From assembly GCA_052148155.1 (NCBI GenBank), contig JBKQIY010000048.1:11131-75130 (forward strand): a stretch of 64,000 nucleotides of DNA, in the 5' to 3' direction. A program made the translations under genes and the position numbers. This document shows, in pieces, positions 37,391 through 45,633 of this stretch; within the stretch, counting starts at the first letter, position 1, and every line of letters begins with the position of its first letter. The stretch is from Acidimicrobiia bacterium. Its GTDB lineage: Bacteria > Actinomycetota > Acidimicrobiia > IMCC26256 > PALSA-610. The notes beneath the pieces were generated by a model. It ran no database searches. It was given only the letters and a program-made list of their open reading frames with translations, and was not told the DNA's origin.

Positions 37391-38193
37391 CCGGAGGCGC
37401 CCAGCTCCCTCGAGCGGCGAGTCGCGGCGCTGACCGCATCGAGGATGGCCGCCCGCAGCCGTGCGGATTCCAGCTCTCGCAGACCGGCGGCGGTCGTCCC
37501 GCCCGGGGAGGTCACCGCGGCCCGGAGGGACGCCGGACCGTCGTGACTCTGCGCCAGCAGCGTGGCCGAGCCGAGCAGGGTCTGCACCACGAGCCGCTCC
37601 GACACGTCTCGTGCGAGGCCGACGAGCACTCCGGCTTCGATCATGGCTTCGGCGACGAGGAAAATGTAGGCCGGTCCCGAGCCGGAGAGGCCAGTGACCG
37701 CGTCGAGTGCCGCCTCGCCGACGATCACGACGATGCCGACCGCGCCGAGCAGCCGTGACGCAAGCTCCAGGTGTTCGGCGTCGGCGTGGCGGCCGCCCGC
37801 GATCGCCGACGCACCCAATCCGACGAGCGCGGGCGTGTTGGGCATCGCACGGACGACCGGCCGGCCCGGCACCAACGCCTCGAGCGTGGCGAGGGTCACT
37901 CCGGCCGCGATCGACAGCACGAGGGTCGAGGCGCGAAGCGACGACTCGGCGGCGTGCAGGCTCGCGTCGATGTCGCCCGGTTTCACCGCCACGATCACGA
38001 CATCCGCATCGGCGACCGCCCACGCCGGGCTCGGCACGATGCGGACTTTCGGAAACTCCCGCTCGAGTTCGCGGCGACGTTCGGCGTCGACCTCCGCAAC
38101 CGCGAGCTCGTCGGGATCCCAGCCACCTTCGAGCAGGCCACCGAGCAGCGCGGAACCCATCTTTCCGCCGCCGATCAAGGCCACACTCGTCAT
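37387..38193 (-). CDS. proC: Pyrroline-5-carboxylate reductase
   Basis: VALIGGGKMGSALLGGLL Rossmann N-terminus and the C-terminal VTSPGGTTAAGLRELE motif. Confidence 0.9.
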   Translation of the reverse strand: MTSVALIGGGKMGSALLGGLLEGGWDPDELAVAEVDAERRRELEREFPKVRIVPSPAWAVADADVVIVAVKPGDIDASLHAAESSLRASTLVLSIAAGVTLATLEALVPGRPVVRAMPNTPALVGLGASAIAGGRHADAEHLELASRLLGAVGIVVIVGEAALDAVTGLSGSGPAYIFLVAEAMIEAGVLVGLARDVSERLVVQTLLGSATLLAQSHDGPASLRAAVTSPGGTTAAGLRELESARLRAAILDAVSAATRRSRELGASG

Positions 38194-38411
38194 CGCGCGA
38201 GGCTAACCCGACCCCCACCACGGTCGAGGCGAACGATCACTGCACACAGTCGGGCCCGAGGAACTTTGGAACGGCCCCGCACTTCCCCGAACGGAACCGC
38301 CCCTCCCGCACCTCGGGCCCGGCAGCTTGCCGCCGCGCTCGCGACGGCAAAATGACCGTAGCACTCCCGGTCAATACAACACCAAGCATCTTAAAACATT
38401 CTTATACATGT

Positions 38412-38876
38412 TCAGATGCGTCGGAATGCGATCCCGACCGCGGTTTGGAACCACCGTTCGACGAGCTCGTAGAGCACGCCGATGATGCGATCGAGCTCGT
38501 CGACGTCGAGATGTTCGAGGAGCACGCGGCCCACGAGATAGCAGTCGCCGTCGGGTCCGATCGAGAAGTGCGCGCCGTAGGTCGTGTGATTGCGCGCCAG
38601 CATGAACCGGTACAGCTCTTCGCGATGCGCGCTCGGATCGGGAAGGAAGTACACCTCGTAGCGGAGCGTCCGCTGATGCAGGTCGAAATAGATCGTGGCG
38701 GCGTCACGTCCGTCGCAGCCGAAGCGCACATACCACCGTGGGATCTGCGGGTCGTATTCGACAACCTGCACCCACGGTTCGAGGGCGACGGGTCCTTCGA
38801 GATGCGCCGCGATCAGCGCATGTTTCGCGGCGCGGAAGCCCTCGTCGAGCGCGAGGTCGCGGCCGTCGACGGTCAC
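38412..38876 (-). CDS. YbjN-like / putative sensory-transduction-regulator-like protein downstream of mshA
   Basis: GTG at 38876 lies 1 nt after the mshA stop. The 154-aa acidic protein contains YFDLHQRTLRYEVYFLPDP and LVGRVLLEHLDVDELDRIIGVLYELVE. The family call comes from memory of the mshA-neighbouring gene in mycobacteria. Confidence 0.5.
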   Translation of the reverse strand: MTVDGRDLALDEGFRAAKHALIAAHLEGPVALEPWVQVVEYDPQIPRWYVRFGCDGRDAATIYFDLHQRTLRYEVYFLPDPSAHREELYRFMLARNHTTYGAHFSIGPDGDCYLVGRVLLEHLDVDELDRIIGVLYELVERWFQTAVGIAFRRI

Positions 38877-38877
38877 G

Positions 38878-40125
38878 TCAGTCGCAGCGCACGAGACCCC
38901 GGGCGACGAGATCGCCGTACAGGCGTCGCAGCCGCGCCGCGGTGATGCTCCACGAGTACTTGCGTGATCGAGCCGACGCGACCGCCCCGATCTCCGCCGC
39001 GAGCACGGGATCTTCAAGCAACATCGCGACCGGAGCGGCGTACGCCGCAGGATCACGATCGTCGACGAGGAAACCGGTGGCGCCGTCGTCGACGAGCGAC
39101 CGCAGCCCACCGACCGACGCCGCGACCACGGGCGTGCCGCAGGCGGCGGCTTCGAGCGCAACCAGGCCGAAGGACTCGGCGCGCGAAGGCACGATGCACA
39201 CGTCGGCAGCTCGATAGAAGTCGGCCAGTGTGGTGTGCGGCTGGGGTGGCACAAAATGCACGTTGGACGCGACGCCGAGCTCGTGCGCGAGGTCGCGGAC
39301 GCGGGCGAGTTCGCGTTGGCCGTCGGGGCCGCTCGGGCCGCCGACCACCAGGAGCATCGCATTCGGGTCGTGCAGCTCCGCCAGGCAGCGCACCGCCAGG
39401 CCGACCCCTTTCAGAGGTTGGATCCGTCCGGCGAACAGCAACATGCGCCGACCGTCGAGTCCGAGCCGATCTTTGGCGACACGGGCATCGGCGGGGAAGA
39501 ACACCGAGTGGTCGACGCCCGGCGGGACGACCTCGATCCGTTCCGGCACCGCGCCGTAGCGCGTCGCGAGTTGCTCGCGCTCAGAGTTGGTGGACGCGAG
39601 CATCAGGTCCGAACACGCGATCACCTGGTGCTCGACCCGCGCCCGTTCTTCGGGGTCGTCGTCGATTCCGGCATCGGCTTTGACGCGCGCCAGCGTGTGG
39701 AACGTCGCGACCATCGGGAGATCGCGCAGATGCTTGAGCTTGTGCGCGACCGCGCCGGACAACCAGTAGTTCGCGTGCAACACCTCGACTGGGGGACCTG
39801 CGTCGAGAATCCTGGCGGTTTCGGCGACGAATTCGTCGACGAGGCTGGGCAGCTCGTAACGAGGGATCGCCGTCTGCGGGCCGGCCTTCACGTGAACGAC
39901 CCGGAACCCAGGTTCGACGTCGACCACGTGAGATTGGGTCGGGTCCTCGGCGCGCGTGTACACGTCGCACGAGACACCGGCGCGGGCGAGCGCCGACGCG
40001 AGCGCTCGCACATAGACGTTCATGCCGCCACCGTCGCCGGCGCCGGGCTGGGCCAGCGGCGAAGTGTGCATGCTGAAGACCGCCACGCGCCGAACGGCGC
40101 CGGACGATTCGTCGCGGCCAGACAT
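38878..40125 (-). CDS. mshA: D-inositol-3-phosphate glycosyltransferase (mycothiol biosynthesis)
   Basis: ATG at 40125 gives RRVAVFSMHTSPLAQPGAGDGGGMNVYVRALASALARAG, the characteristic MshA N-terminus, followed by a GT4 C-terminal domain (SRAESFGLVALEAAACGTPVVA). Confidence 0.9.
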   Translation of the reverse strand: MSGRDESSGAVRRVAVFSMHTSPLAQPGAGDGGGMNVYVRALASALARAGVSCDVYTRAEDPTQSHVVDVEPGFRVVHVKAGPQTAIPRYELPSLVDEFVAETARILDAGPPVEVLHANYWLSGAVAHKLKHLRDLPMVATFHTLARVKADAGIDDDPEERARVEHQVIACSDLMLASTNSEREQLATRYGAVPERIEVVPPGVDHSVFFPADARVAKDRLGLDGRRMLLFAGRIQPLKGVGLAVRCLAELHDPNAMLLVVGGPSGPDGQRELARVRDLAHELGVASNVHFVPPQPHTTLADFYRAADVCIVPSRAESFGLVALEAAACGTPVVAASVGGLRSLVDDGATGFLVDDRDPAAYAAPVAMLLEDPVLAAEIGAVASARSRKYSWSITAARLRRLYGDLVARGLVRCD

Positions 40126-40177
40126 GGGCGGGAGACTACCCAAGCGACCGCCAGCTACTCGGCAGCGCCCCGACTCG

Positions 40178-40555
40178 TCAGCCGGCGGCGTCTTCGCGGT
40201 CGTCTTGTTGGAAGGAACGGTAGATCTCGAGCAGGACCTGTTTTTGGCGCTCGGAAAGGCTCGGGTCCCGCAGCACGGTGGTGACGAGGTCGGGCGGTTC
40301 GCCCTGTTCGTCGAGAATCCCTGCTCGCACGTAGAGCGTCTCAGCGGAGATGCGCAACCCGCGAGCGATGCCTTGGAGGATCTCGGCGGAAGGTTTCCGC
40401 AAGCCACGCTCGATCTGGCTGAGATAGGGATTCGAGATGCCGGCGAGCTCGCTCAGCTTCCGCAACGACAGCCGCGCGTTGCGGCGCTGGTCGCGGATGA
40501 AGTCACCCAGATCGTGCAGTCGCGTCTCGAGCGACTCCAGCGACTCAGATCTCAT
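40178..40555 (-). CDS. XRE-family helix-turn-helix transcriptional regulator
   Basis: LSLRKLSELAGISNPYLSQIERGLRKPSAEILQGIARGL. Its ATG at 40555 forms an ATGA overlap with the stop of the upstream RsiG-like gene. Confidence 0.85.
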   Translation of the reverse strand: MRSESLESLETRLHDLGDFIRDQRRNARLSLRKLSELAGISNPYLSQIERGLRKPSAEILQGIARGLRISAETLYVRAGILDEQGEPPDLVTTVLRDPSLSERQKQVLLEIYRSFQQDDREDAAG

Positions 40556-41070
40556 CCCATCGCCCCGGCGACTCGGCGGTCGGCGATCACGCGATCGAGC
40601 GCGTCGATGACGACGTGCAGCTCGGCGCGCAGGTCGGAAAGCTCGCGTTCGAAGCTGCGCAGTGCTGCGAGAATCGAGTTGAGCTCGTCGAGCGCAAGGA
40701 CGGGCAGTTTCGCGAGCGTCGTGTCGACCACGAGTTGTTCGCGGTGATCGGGCCAGTGAAGTTCGATCGTCGGCGGATCGGCGGCCGGTGCGCCGCGGGT
40801 GGTGGTGATGGTCGAACGCCCGGACTCGACGCTCAGGATCCGTGGCAAATCGGCGACGAGGTCGCCGACGGAGCCGCCACGCTCTCGCCGCGCCCGTTCG
40901 GCTTCGAGGATCTCCATCCGCGCCTGCGCGAGACGGCGAAAGTACGACAGCGCGAGTTCGGCCTGAGCGCACTCGTCGTGCATTGCGTGCAGATCGTCGA
41001 GCGAGCGACTGTCGAGTTCAGTCGCATAGTCGGGGTCGAGTAGACGCTGAACGCGTTCCGTGGCAATCAA
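40552..41070 (-). CDS. RsiG-like coiled-coil protein (candidate c-di-GMP-binding anti-sigma factor)
   Basis: 172 aa and predicted helical. Two copies of the RsiG-type signature: E38-x3-S-x2-R-x3-Q-x3-E53 (ELALSYFRRLAQARME) and E141-x3-S-x2-R-x3-H-x3-D156 (ERELSDLRAELHVVID). Start uncertain: TTG at 41070 directly abuts the AGGGAG sequence. Confidence 0.6.
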   Translation of the reverse strand: MIATERVQRLLDPDYATELDSRSLDDLHAMHDECAQAELALSYFRRLAQARMEILEAERARRERGGSVGDLVADLPRILSVESGRSTITTTRGAPAADPPTIELHWPDHREQLVVDTTLAKLPVLALDELNSILAALRSFERELSDLRAELHVVIDALDRVIADRRVAGAMG

Positions 41071-41142
41071 CTCCCTAATAATGGTGCGCGATCAGGCTAT
41101 CGCGGTAGGTGCGCGACACAGACTCTGGTCCGTCGTCGAGTC

Positions 41143-41397
41143 TCACCCGCCGCTGACCGGCGGAAGGACGGCGACCTCGTCACCATCGGCGAGCACGGTG
41201 GCCCGGCCGTCGGACGGCTCGTCGCCGTTCACCCAGACCCGCGAGTTCGCGAGCACCAGGGCGAAGGACGTCCCGTAGACCGACACCGCGGAGTCGAGCA
41301 GCGATCCAACGGTCGGCACCTGGCTCTGGTCGTACTCGTCGTTCCCGCAGCCTGCGGCTTCGCGCGCCGCGGCAAACAGCCGCAGCGTCACGGTCAC
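41143..41397 (-). CDS. moaD: MoaD/ThiS-family sulfur-carrier protein
   Basis: 84 aa, beta-grasp-like, ending in the diagnostic ...LPPVSGG. GTGA overlap with the upstream gene. Confidence 0.8.
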   Translation of the reverse strand: MTVTLRLFAAAREAAGCGNDEYDQSQVPTVGSLLDSAVSVYGTSFALVLANSRVWVNGDEPSDGRATVLADGDEVAVLPPVSGG

Positions 41398-41753
41398 GGG
41401 AAACTGCTGTCGACATTGGTTCGCGCGGCCGGATAGGCATCGAGACGTTCCGCGACGATCGGTTCGCCGGTGATCTCGTCGATGCCGTAGCTGCCGTCGT
41501 CGAGTCTTCCCAACGCGGCTTCGATTTCGGCCAGGTCGTGCTCGAGCTGTTCGAGAATCGCGACGTCCTTCTCGCGCTCGAATGTCTCCGAAGCCTGGTC
41601 GGCCGGATCCGTGACGTGCGCGAGATCGCCGACCTGGTCGGCCGCGTCCTGGTCGAGGCCCTCTTGGTGCAGTCCCTGGATGAGGCCCCGCACGCGTTCT
41701 TTTTCGGCCTCGAGGCGACGACGGGATGCGTCTTCGTCGAAGTGTTGTGTCAT
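41394..41753 (-). CDS. DksA/TraR-family protein lacking the zinc-finger cysteines
   Basis: Acidic coiled-coil N-terminal part plus C-terminal LGRLDDGSYGIDEITGEPIVAERLDAYPAARTNV. This aligns with the DksA C4 finger region, but all four Cys positions are replaced. Confidence 0.6.
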   Translation of the reverse strand: MTQHFDEDASRRRLEAEKERVRGLIQGLHQEGLDQDAADQVGDLAHVTDPADQASETFEREKDVAILEQLEHDLAEIEAALGRLDDGSYGIDEITGEPIVAERLDAYPAARTNVDSSFP

Positions 41754-41843
41754 ACGGGCGAGCGTACTGTGCTCGTGCGGCGACGATCGGTGTCGTCGAA
41801 CGTCGGCCTGGTCCGCTCCCGGTGGGCTTGGCGGTCCGTGCGG

Positions 41844-42458
41844 CTACTGGGCCCGCAGCGTACGCGCATGCTCGTCGAGCAAGGCTGCGAGCAACACGAG
41901 ACGGTCGCCGACGGGCCCGGTTTCCAGCACACGCTGCGCGTCGAGCGGCCCGATCGGCGACAAGGCCGCAATCTCGTACGACGCCTGCTCAACGTGATCG
42001 GAGATCGCGGGGAGTTCCGCTATGCGTGGATCGGAGCGACGGTACAGCGCGCACACGTCTCGCAGTGCCTCGACCGCGCCGGCACGCAGCTCCGAAAGGT
42101 CCGAACCAGACGTCGGCGGTTCGACGAGGTCGACGACTTCGGCCTGCGGGAACGGATCGTCTGGGAGCCAGCGCGCGACGCGCACGCGCCGCAGACCGAC
42201 CGTCGCGAGCGCATAACCGCCGTCGGGAAGCTGCTGGGCGCGTACAATGCGCGCGACGGTCCCGACATCGAAGCGGACGTCGCCGCCCCCTACCTCGCTG
42301 CCCCGCTCGATGAGCACGGCACCGAACTCGCCGTCGTCACGCAACACGCGTTTGGTCATCTGCCGGTAACGCGCTTCGAAGACGTGGAGCGGCAGCAGCG
42401 CGTGGGGGAAAAGCACGTTCCCGAGCGGGAACATCGGCATCACCCGGGTGTCGCTCAT
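41844..42458 (-). CDS. LON N-terminal (substrate-binding) domain protein
   Basis: MPMFPLGNVLFPHALLPLHVFEARYRQM is the LON-N / PUA-like signature. There is no AAA or protease domain. Confidence 0.8.
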   Translation of the reverse strand: MSDTRVMPMFPLGNVLFPHALLPLHVFEARYRQMTKRVLRDDGEFGAVLIERGSEVGGGDVRFDVGTVARIVRAQQLPDGGYALATVGLRRVRVARWLPDDPFPQAEVVDLVEPPTSGSDLSELRAGAVEALRDVCALYRRSDPRIAELPAISDHVEQASYEIAALSPIGPLDAQRVLETGPVGDRLVLLAALLDEHARTLRAQ

Positions 42459-42462
42459 ACGT

Positions 42463-43275
42463 TCAGTTCAGCCGGGCGCGCAAGGCCCGAGCACGCGTCC
42501 GCAATCTCGCCGCAGCGTCTGTGCCCGTTCCCGTCGATTCGGTACCGTCAGTGTCGACGCGATCGGCGAGGAGGTCGAACTCGACCGCGGCTCGCATCAC
42601 GTCCCCGGTGCTCGCCAGCTGATCGGCGAGGTGCAACTGCTCTTGAAACGTGATCCCCGGCACCGCGAGGTGCAGTCTGCACATCCACGCGAGCTGTACC
42701 GGATCGTTCGCAAGCTTCCCGCGTTCGAGATTGGCGAGCATCCGGGCCAGGATCGCGTGCGGCGCGGTCGGTCCGAGAAACGAAGGCTGGAACGTCAACG
42801 CGCCGCCGTAGACGAGGTCGAACTGGCGTCGACATCCCTGCGCGTCGAGCAGGGCACCCCGGTGGAACGGATCGCACCACACGTCACCGCGCGCGGCGTC
42901 GAGCACGAGGAAGTGACCCGGCATACCGACACCCTGCACGTCGACGCCGATCCGTCGACCAACCGCGAGCATGAGCACCGACAGCGTGATCGGGATCCCG
43001 AGGCGGGTTGCGATGACGGAGTCGAGGAAAGAATTTTCGGGATCGTCGTAGTGGTCGAGGTTGCCCGCAAATCCGACCTGATCGAACAGCAGCGCCCGCA
43101 GCGCGTCGAACGTCGCCGCCTCGCACTGCCCGGCCAGTTCGTCGAGACGTGCGATCCACTCTTCGACGTCGATGTCAGGGTGTGCGTGCGCCGCGATGCA
43201 GAGCGCGGCAACGTCGAGCGGCACGTTGGCGGCGGTATGGCTGACCGCCTCGACGAAACGCTCGCGCGGGTGCAT
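42463..43275 (-). CDS. SirB1/YchA-like transglutaminase-like plus TPR-like protein
   Basis: ATG at 43275. FDQVGFAGNLDHYDDPENSFLDSVIATRLGIPITLSVLMLAVGRRIGVDVQGVGMPGHFLV resembles the UPF0162/SirB1 N-terminal domain. The upstream 565 codons of ORF 42463..44970 are antisense to other genes and Arg-rich. Confidence 0.6.
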   Translation of the reverse strand: MHPRERFVEAVSHTAANVPLDVAALCIAAHAHPDIDVEEWIARLDELAGQCEAATFDALRALLFDQVGFAGNLDHYDDPENSFLDSVIATRLGIPITLSVLMLAVGRRIGVDVQGVGMPGHFLVLDAARGDVWCDPFHRGALLDAQGCRRQFDLVYGGALTFQPSFLGPTAPHAILARMLANLERGKLANDPVQLAWMCRLHLAVPGITFQEQLHLADQLASTGDVMRAAVEFDLLADRVDTDGTESTGTGTDAAARLRTRARALRARLN

Positions 43276-43286
43276 CGAGTCGATCC

Positions 43287-43805
43287 CTACGCGTTTCGCC
43301 GCTCGATGTAGGCCGAGCAAAAGCCGCGGTAACGGTCGCGCAACTCGGGCTCCTTCCAGTCCACACCGGTGACGTTCCCGCGGCACAGTACGGCCGCGCA
43401 GGAACATGCGAACTCGTCGTAGTCGTCGGTGTCGGTCATCGCGTAGTCGAAGCACAGCTCCTCGCCAGCCGACACGTCGCGCATCGTCACGAGCAGGACC
43501 GACCCGACGATCCCACAGTTCGGATCGCAGGAATGGTTGACGAAGTCGGCGTCGTCGAACGGCGCGGCGCTCGCCAAGAAGAGGCCGTCGTCGATTTGCA
43601 GCGCGTGCATGCGAATCTCGTCGTCGAGCACGTCGAGTTCGGCACGGTCGACGACCGATCCGCCGAATCCGGCGACCGTTGTGCCGGCCGGGATTCGGTC
43701 CACCGCGAAGATGCCCATCCCCTTGTCGCCCGCCGGCCGGCGGGCGGCGAGCGGACTGAGCCAAGACTGGCGCACGGACACCTCCGTGTGAGGGGCTGAG
43801 CCCAC
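43287..43805 (-). CDS. SET-domain protein (putative protein lysine methyltransferase)
   Basis: GMGIFAVDRIPAGTTV, FVNHSCDPNC, GEELCFDYA and a post-SET-like CSCAAVLCRG motif. Confidence 0.8.
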   Translation of the reverse strand: MGSAPHTEVSVRQSWLSPLAARRPAGDKGMGIFAVDRIPAGTTVAGFGGSVVDRAELDVLDDEIRMHALQIDDGLFLASAAPFDDADFVNHSCDPNCGIVGSVLLVTMRDVSAGEELCFDYAMTDTDDYDEFACSCAAVLCRGNVTGVDWKEPELRDRYRGFCSAYIERRNA

Positions 43806-43869
43806 GGGCTCGAGAGGGACGAAGTGAGGCGGCGACCCGAACGCCGCTCAGATTGGGCAGAATATAGGG

Positions 43870-44802
43870 GTGAGCAAACGACGCGAGCGCGAACGGTTGG
43901 TGCGGCGCCGAGTCGCGTCGACCCGTCGCGAAGACGACGGCCACCGCCCGCCGGTGCGCGCCGGACATCTGTCGCCCCGTCGAACGGTCCCCGCCGACGT
44001 CCCCCGCCCTCCGTACGCTCCTGATGCACCACCACTCGTCGCGGCCGTGCCGCCCGACGAGATCCCCGACCGTATGCGAGCTGCCGGGCGGGCGGCACGG
44101 GAGGTACTGATCGAGGTCGGTGCCGCAGTGCGGGCTGGCATCACGACCGACGAACTCGACCGGATCTGTCACGAGGCCTACATCGCCCGGGGCGGCTACC
44201 CGAGCACGCTCGACTACAAGGGCTACCCGAAGTCGCTGTGCACGTCGGTGAACGAGGTCATTTGTCACGGCATTCCGGATGACCGTGCGCTGCAAGACGG
44301 CGACATCGTCAACTGCGACGTGACGATCTATCTCCACGGAGTGCACGGCGACTGCAGCGCGACCTTTCCGGTCGGCGACGTCGACGACGTCGGCGAGCGG
44401 CTCGTGCAGGTGACCTACGAGTCGTTGTGGAAAGGCATCGACGCGGTGCGCCCCGGCGCTCGCATCAACGACATCGGACGCGCCATTCAAGACCATGTCG
44501 AGCCGAACGGCTTCAGCGTCGTTCGTTCCTTCGTCGGCCACGGCGTCGGTGAGACCTTCCATACCGCGCCGTCGGTGCCGCACTTTTTCGATCCGCACGC
44601 CGATACGTTGATCGAGCCGGGCATGACCTTCACGATCGAACCGATGATCAATGAAGGCGGATGGGAACTGGGCCGCATCTGGTCCGACGGTTGGACCGCG
44701 CCGACCCGAGACGGCTCGCGCTCCGCCCAGTTCGAGCACAGCCTGCTCGTGACCGCCACCGGCGTCGAGGTGCTGACGCTGCTCGCCGGCGAAACGCGAT
44801 AG
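43870..44802 (+). CDS. map: Methionine aminopeptidase type I with a Pro-rich N-terminal extension
   Basis: VICHGIPDDRALQDGDIVNCDVTIYLHGVHGDCSATF, FVGHGVG, TIEPMI and QFEHSLLVT supply the metal ligands. The N-terminal extension includes PADVPRPPYAP. Confidence 0.9.
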   Translation: MSKRRERERLVRRRVASTRREDDGHRPPVRAGHLSPRRTVPADVPRPPYAPDAPPLVAAVPPDEIPDRMRAAGRAAREVLIEVGAAVRAGITTDELDRICHEAYIARGGYPSTLDYKGYPKSLCTSVNEVICHGIPDDRALQDGDIVNCDVTIYLHGVHGDCSATFPVGDVDDVGERLVQVTYESLWKGIDAVRPGARINDIGRAIQDHVEPNGFSVVRSFVGHGVGETFHTAPSVPHFFDPHADTLIEPGMTFTIEPMINEGGWELGRIWSDGWTAPTRDGSRSAQFEHSLLVTATGVEVLTLLAGETR

Positions 44803-45094
44803 CTCGCGGCTGACTGGTTCGAAACGTGGGAGCTCGGCCGGTCGTGTGGGCAACTCGTGCCGCGTCAGGCAACATTTGCCCGGTTCCGATGCCGCGCCTG
44901 CAGAGGCAGGCTGGCGCAGTCTGTCCTCGTCGTTGTGTACGGCCTGACCGCGTGACCCGAACTCAACCATCAGGCCAACGGGTGCAAGTCAGCGGCGGCT
45001 GCGGACGGACTCGGGTCGCGAGGACCGACAGCTGGGTCCGCGCGAGCCGAACGCATGACTGCCGATCTGCCCGGTCGCCGAGTACAACGGTGAG

Positions 45095-45457
45095 ATGGAG
45101 ATCACTGGGTCGAATCCGGTTCTCGCAGTGCACGACCTCGAGCGATCGGCGGAGTGGTTTCGCGCTGTGCTCGGGTGTGACAGGACAGATCCTGACCCCG
45201 GCAACTGGGTGTTCTGCCGAGCCGGGGCCGTCACGTTCATGCTCGGCCGTTGCCCCGACGCGCTCCCGGCTGCCGACTTGGGCGACCATAGCCATGTCGC
45301 GTACCTCACGGTCGATTCGGTCGATGCCTTCCACGCACGAGCAGTCGCAGCCGGAGCCGAGGTTGGCAAGCCACCGACCGATGAACCGTGGCACCGACGC
45401 GAGATGTCGCTTCGATCGCCCGAAGGACACCGTTTCATGCTTGGCGAAGCAATCTGA
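45095..45457 (+). CDS. Glyoxalase/bleomycin-resistance (VOC) family protein
   Basis: 120 aa. PVLAVHDLERSAEWFRAVLG ... HVAYLTVDSVDAFHARAVAAGAEV ... PWHRREMSLRSPEGHRFMLGE matches the VOC fold pattern. Confidence 0.65.
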   Translation: MEITGSNPVLAVHDLERSAEWFRAVLGCDRTDPDPGNWVFCRAGAVTFMLGRCPDALPAADLGDHSHVAYLTVDSVDAFHARAVAAGAEVGKPPTDEPWHRREMSLRSPEGHRFMLGEAI

Positions 45458-45633
45458 CTTCACCTGGTACGTACCGCTCCCGGATACTGAGCTGTCGATC
45501 TCGCGCACATCGATGAGGCGTCGACCCGAACAGAACGTGGCACCGAACGCGCGCCGGACATGCCGGCGCCGTGGTTCCGAGCCCGTTCCTGGAGCGTCGC
45601 AAACGTTGCCGGAGGCGGCACTAGCGTCGGAGT

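Noticed and set aside
37391-38221. 5' part of the 539-aa ORF 36602..38221
   Set aside because: It overlaps proC out of frame and is Arg/Gly-rich. The internal ATG at 37390 forms an ATGA overlap with the proC stop.
44893-44918. Short nested hairpin (GCGCC / CCTGC-AGAG-GCAGG / GGCGC) about 90 nt downstream of map
   Set aside because: The stems are only 5 bp, there is no U-tract, and it lies far from the stop codon. This is too weak to call a terminator.
43276-44970. 5' 565 codons of the 835-aa ORF 42463..44970
   Set aside because: It runs antisense through the SET-domain gene frame region and the map gene and is Arg-rich. Only the C-terminal 270 aa has a recognisable (SirB1-like) sequence.
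45108-45117. GGTCGAATCC, resembling a tRNA T-loop (also GGGTTCAATCC near 20828)
   Set aside because: Flanking bases cannot form a T-stem or acceptor stem, and both sites lie inside well-supported coding frames. I could support no tRNA gene anywhere in the window.
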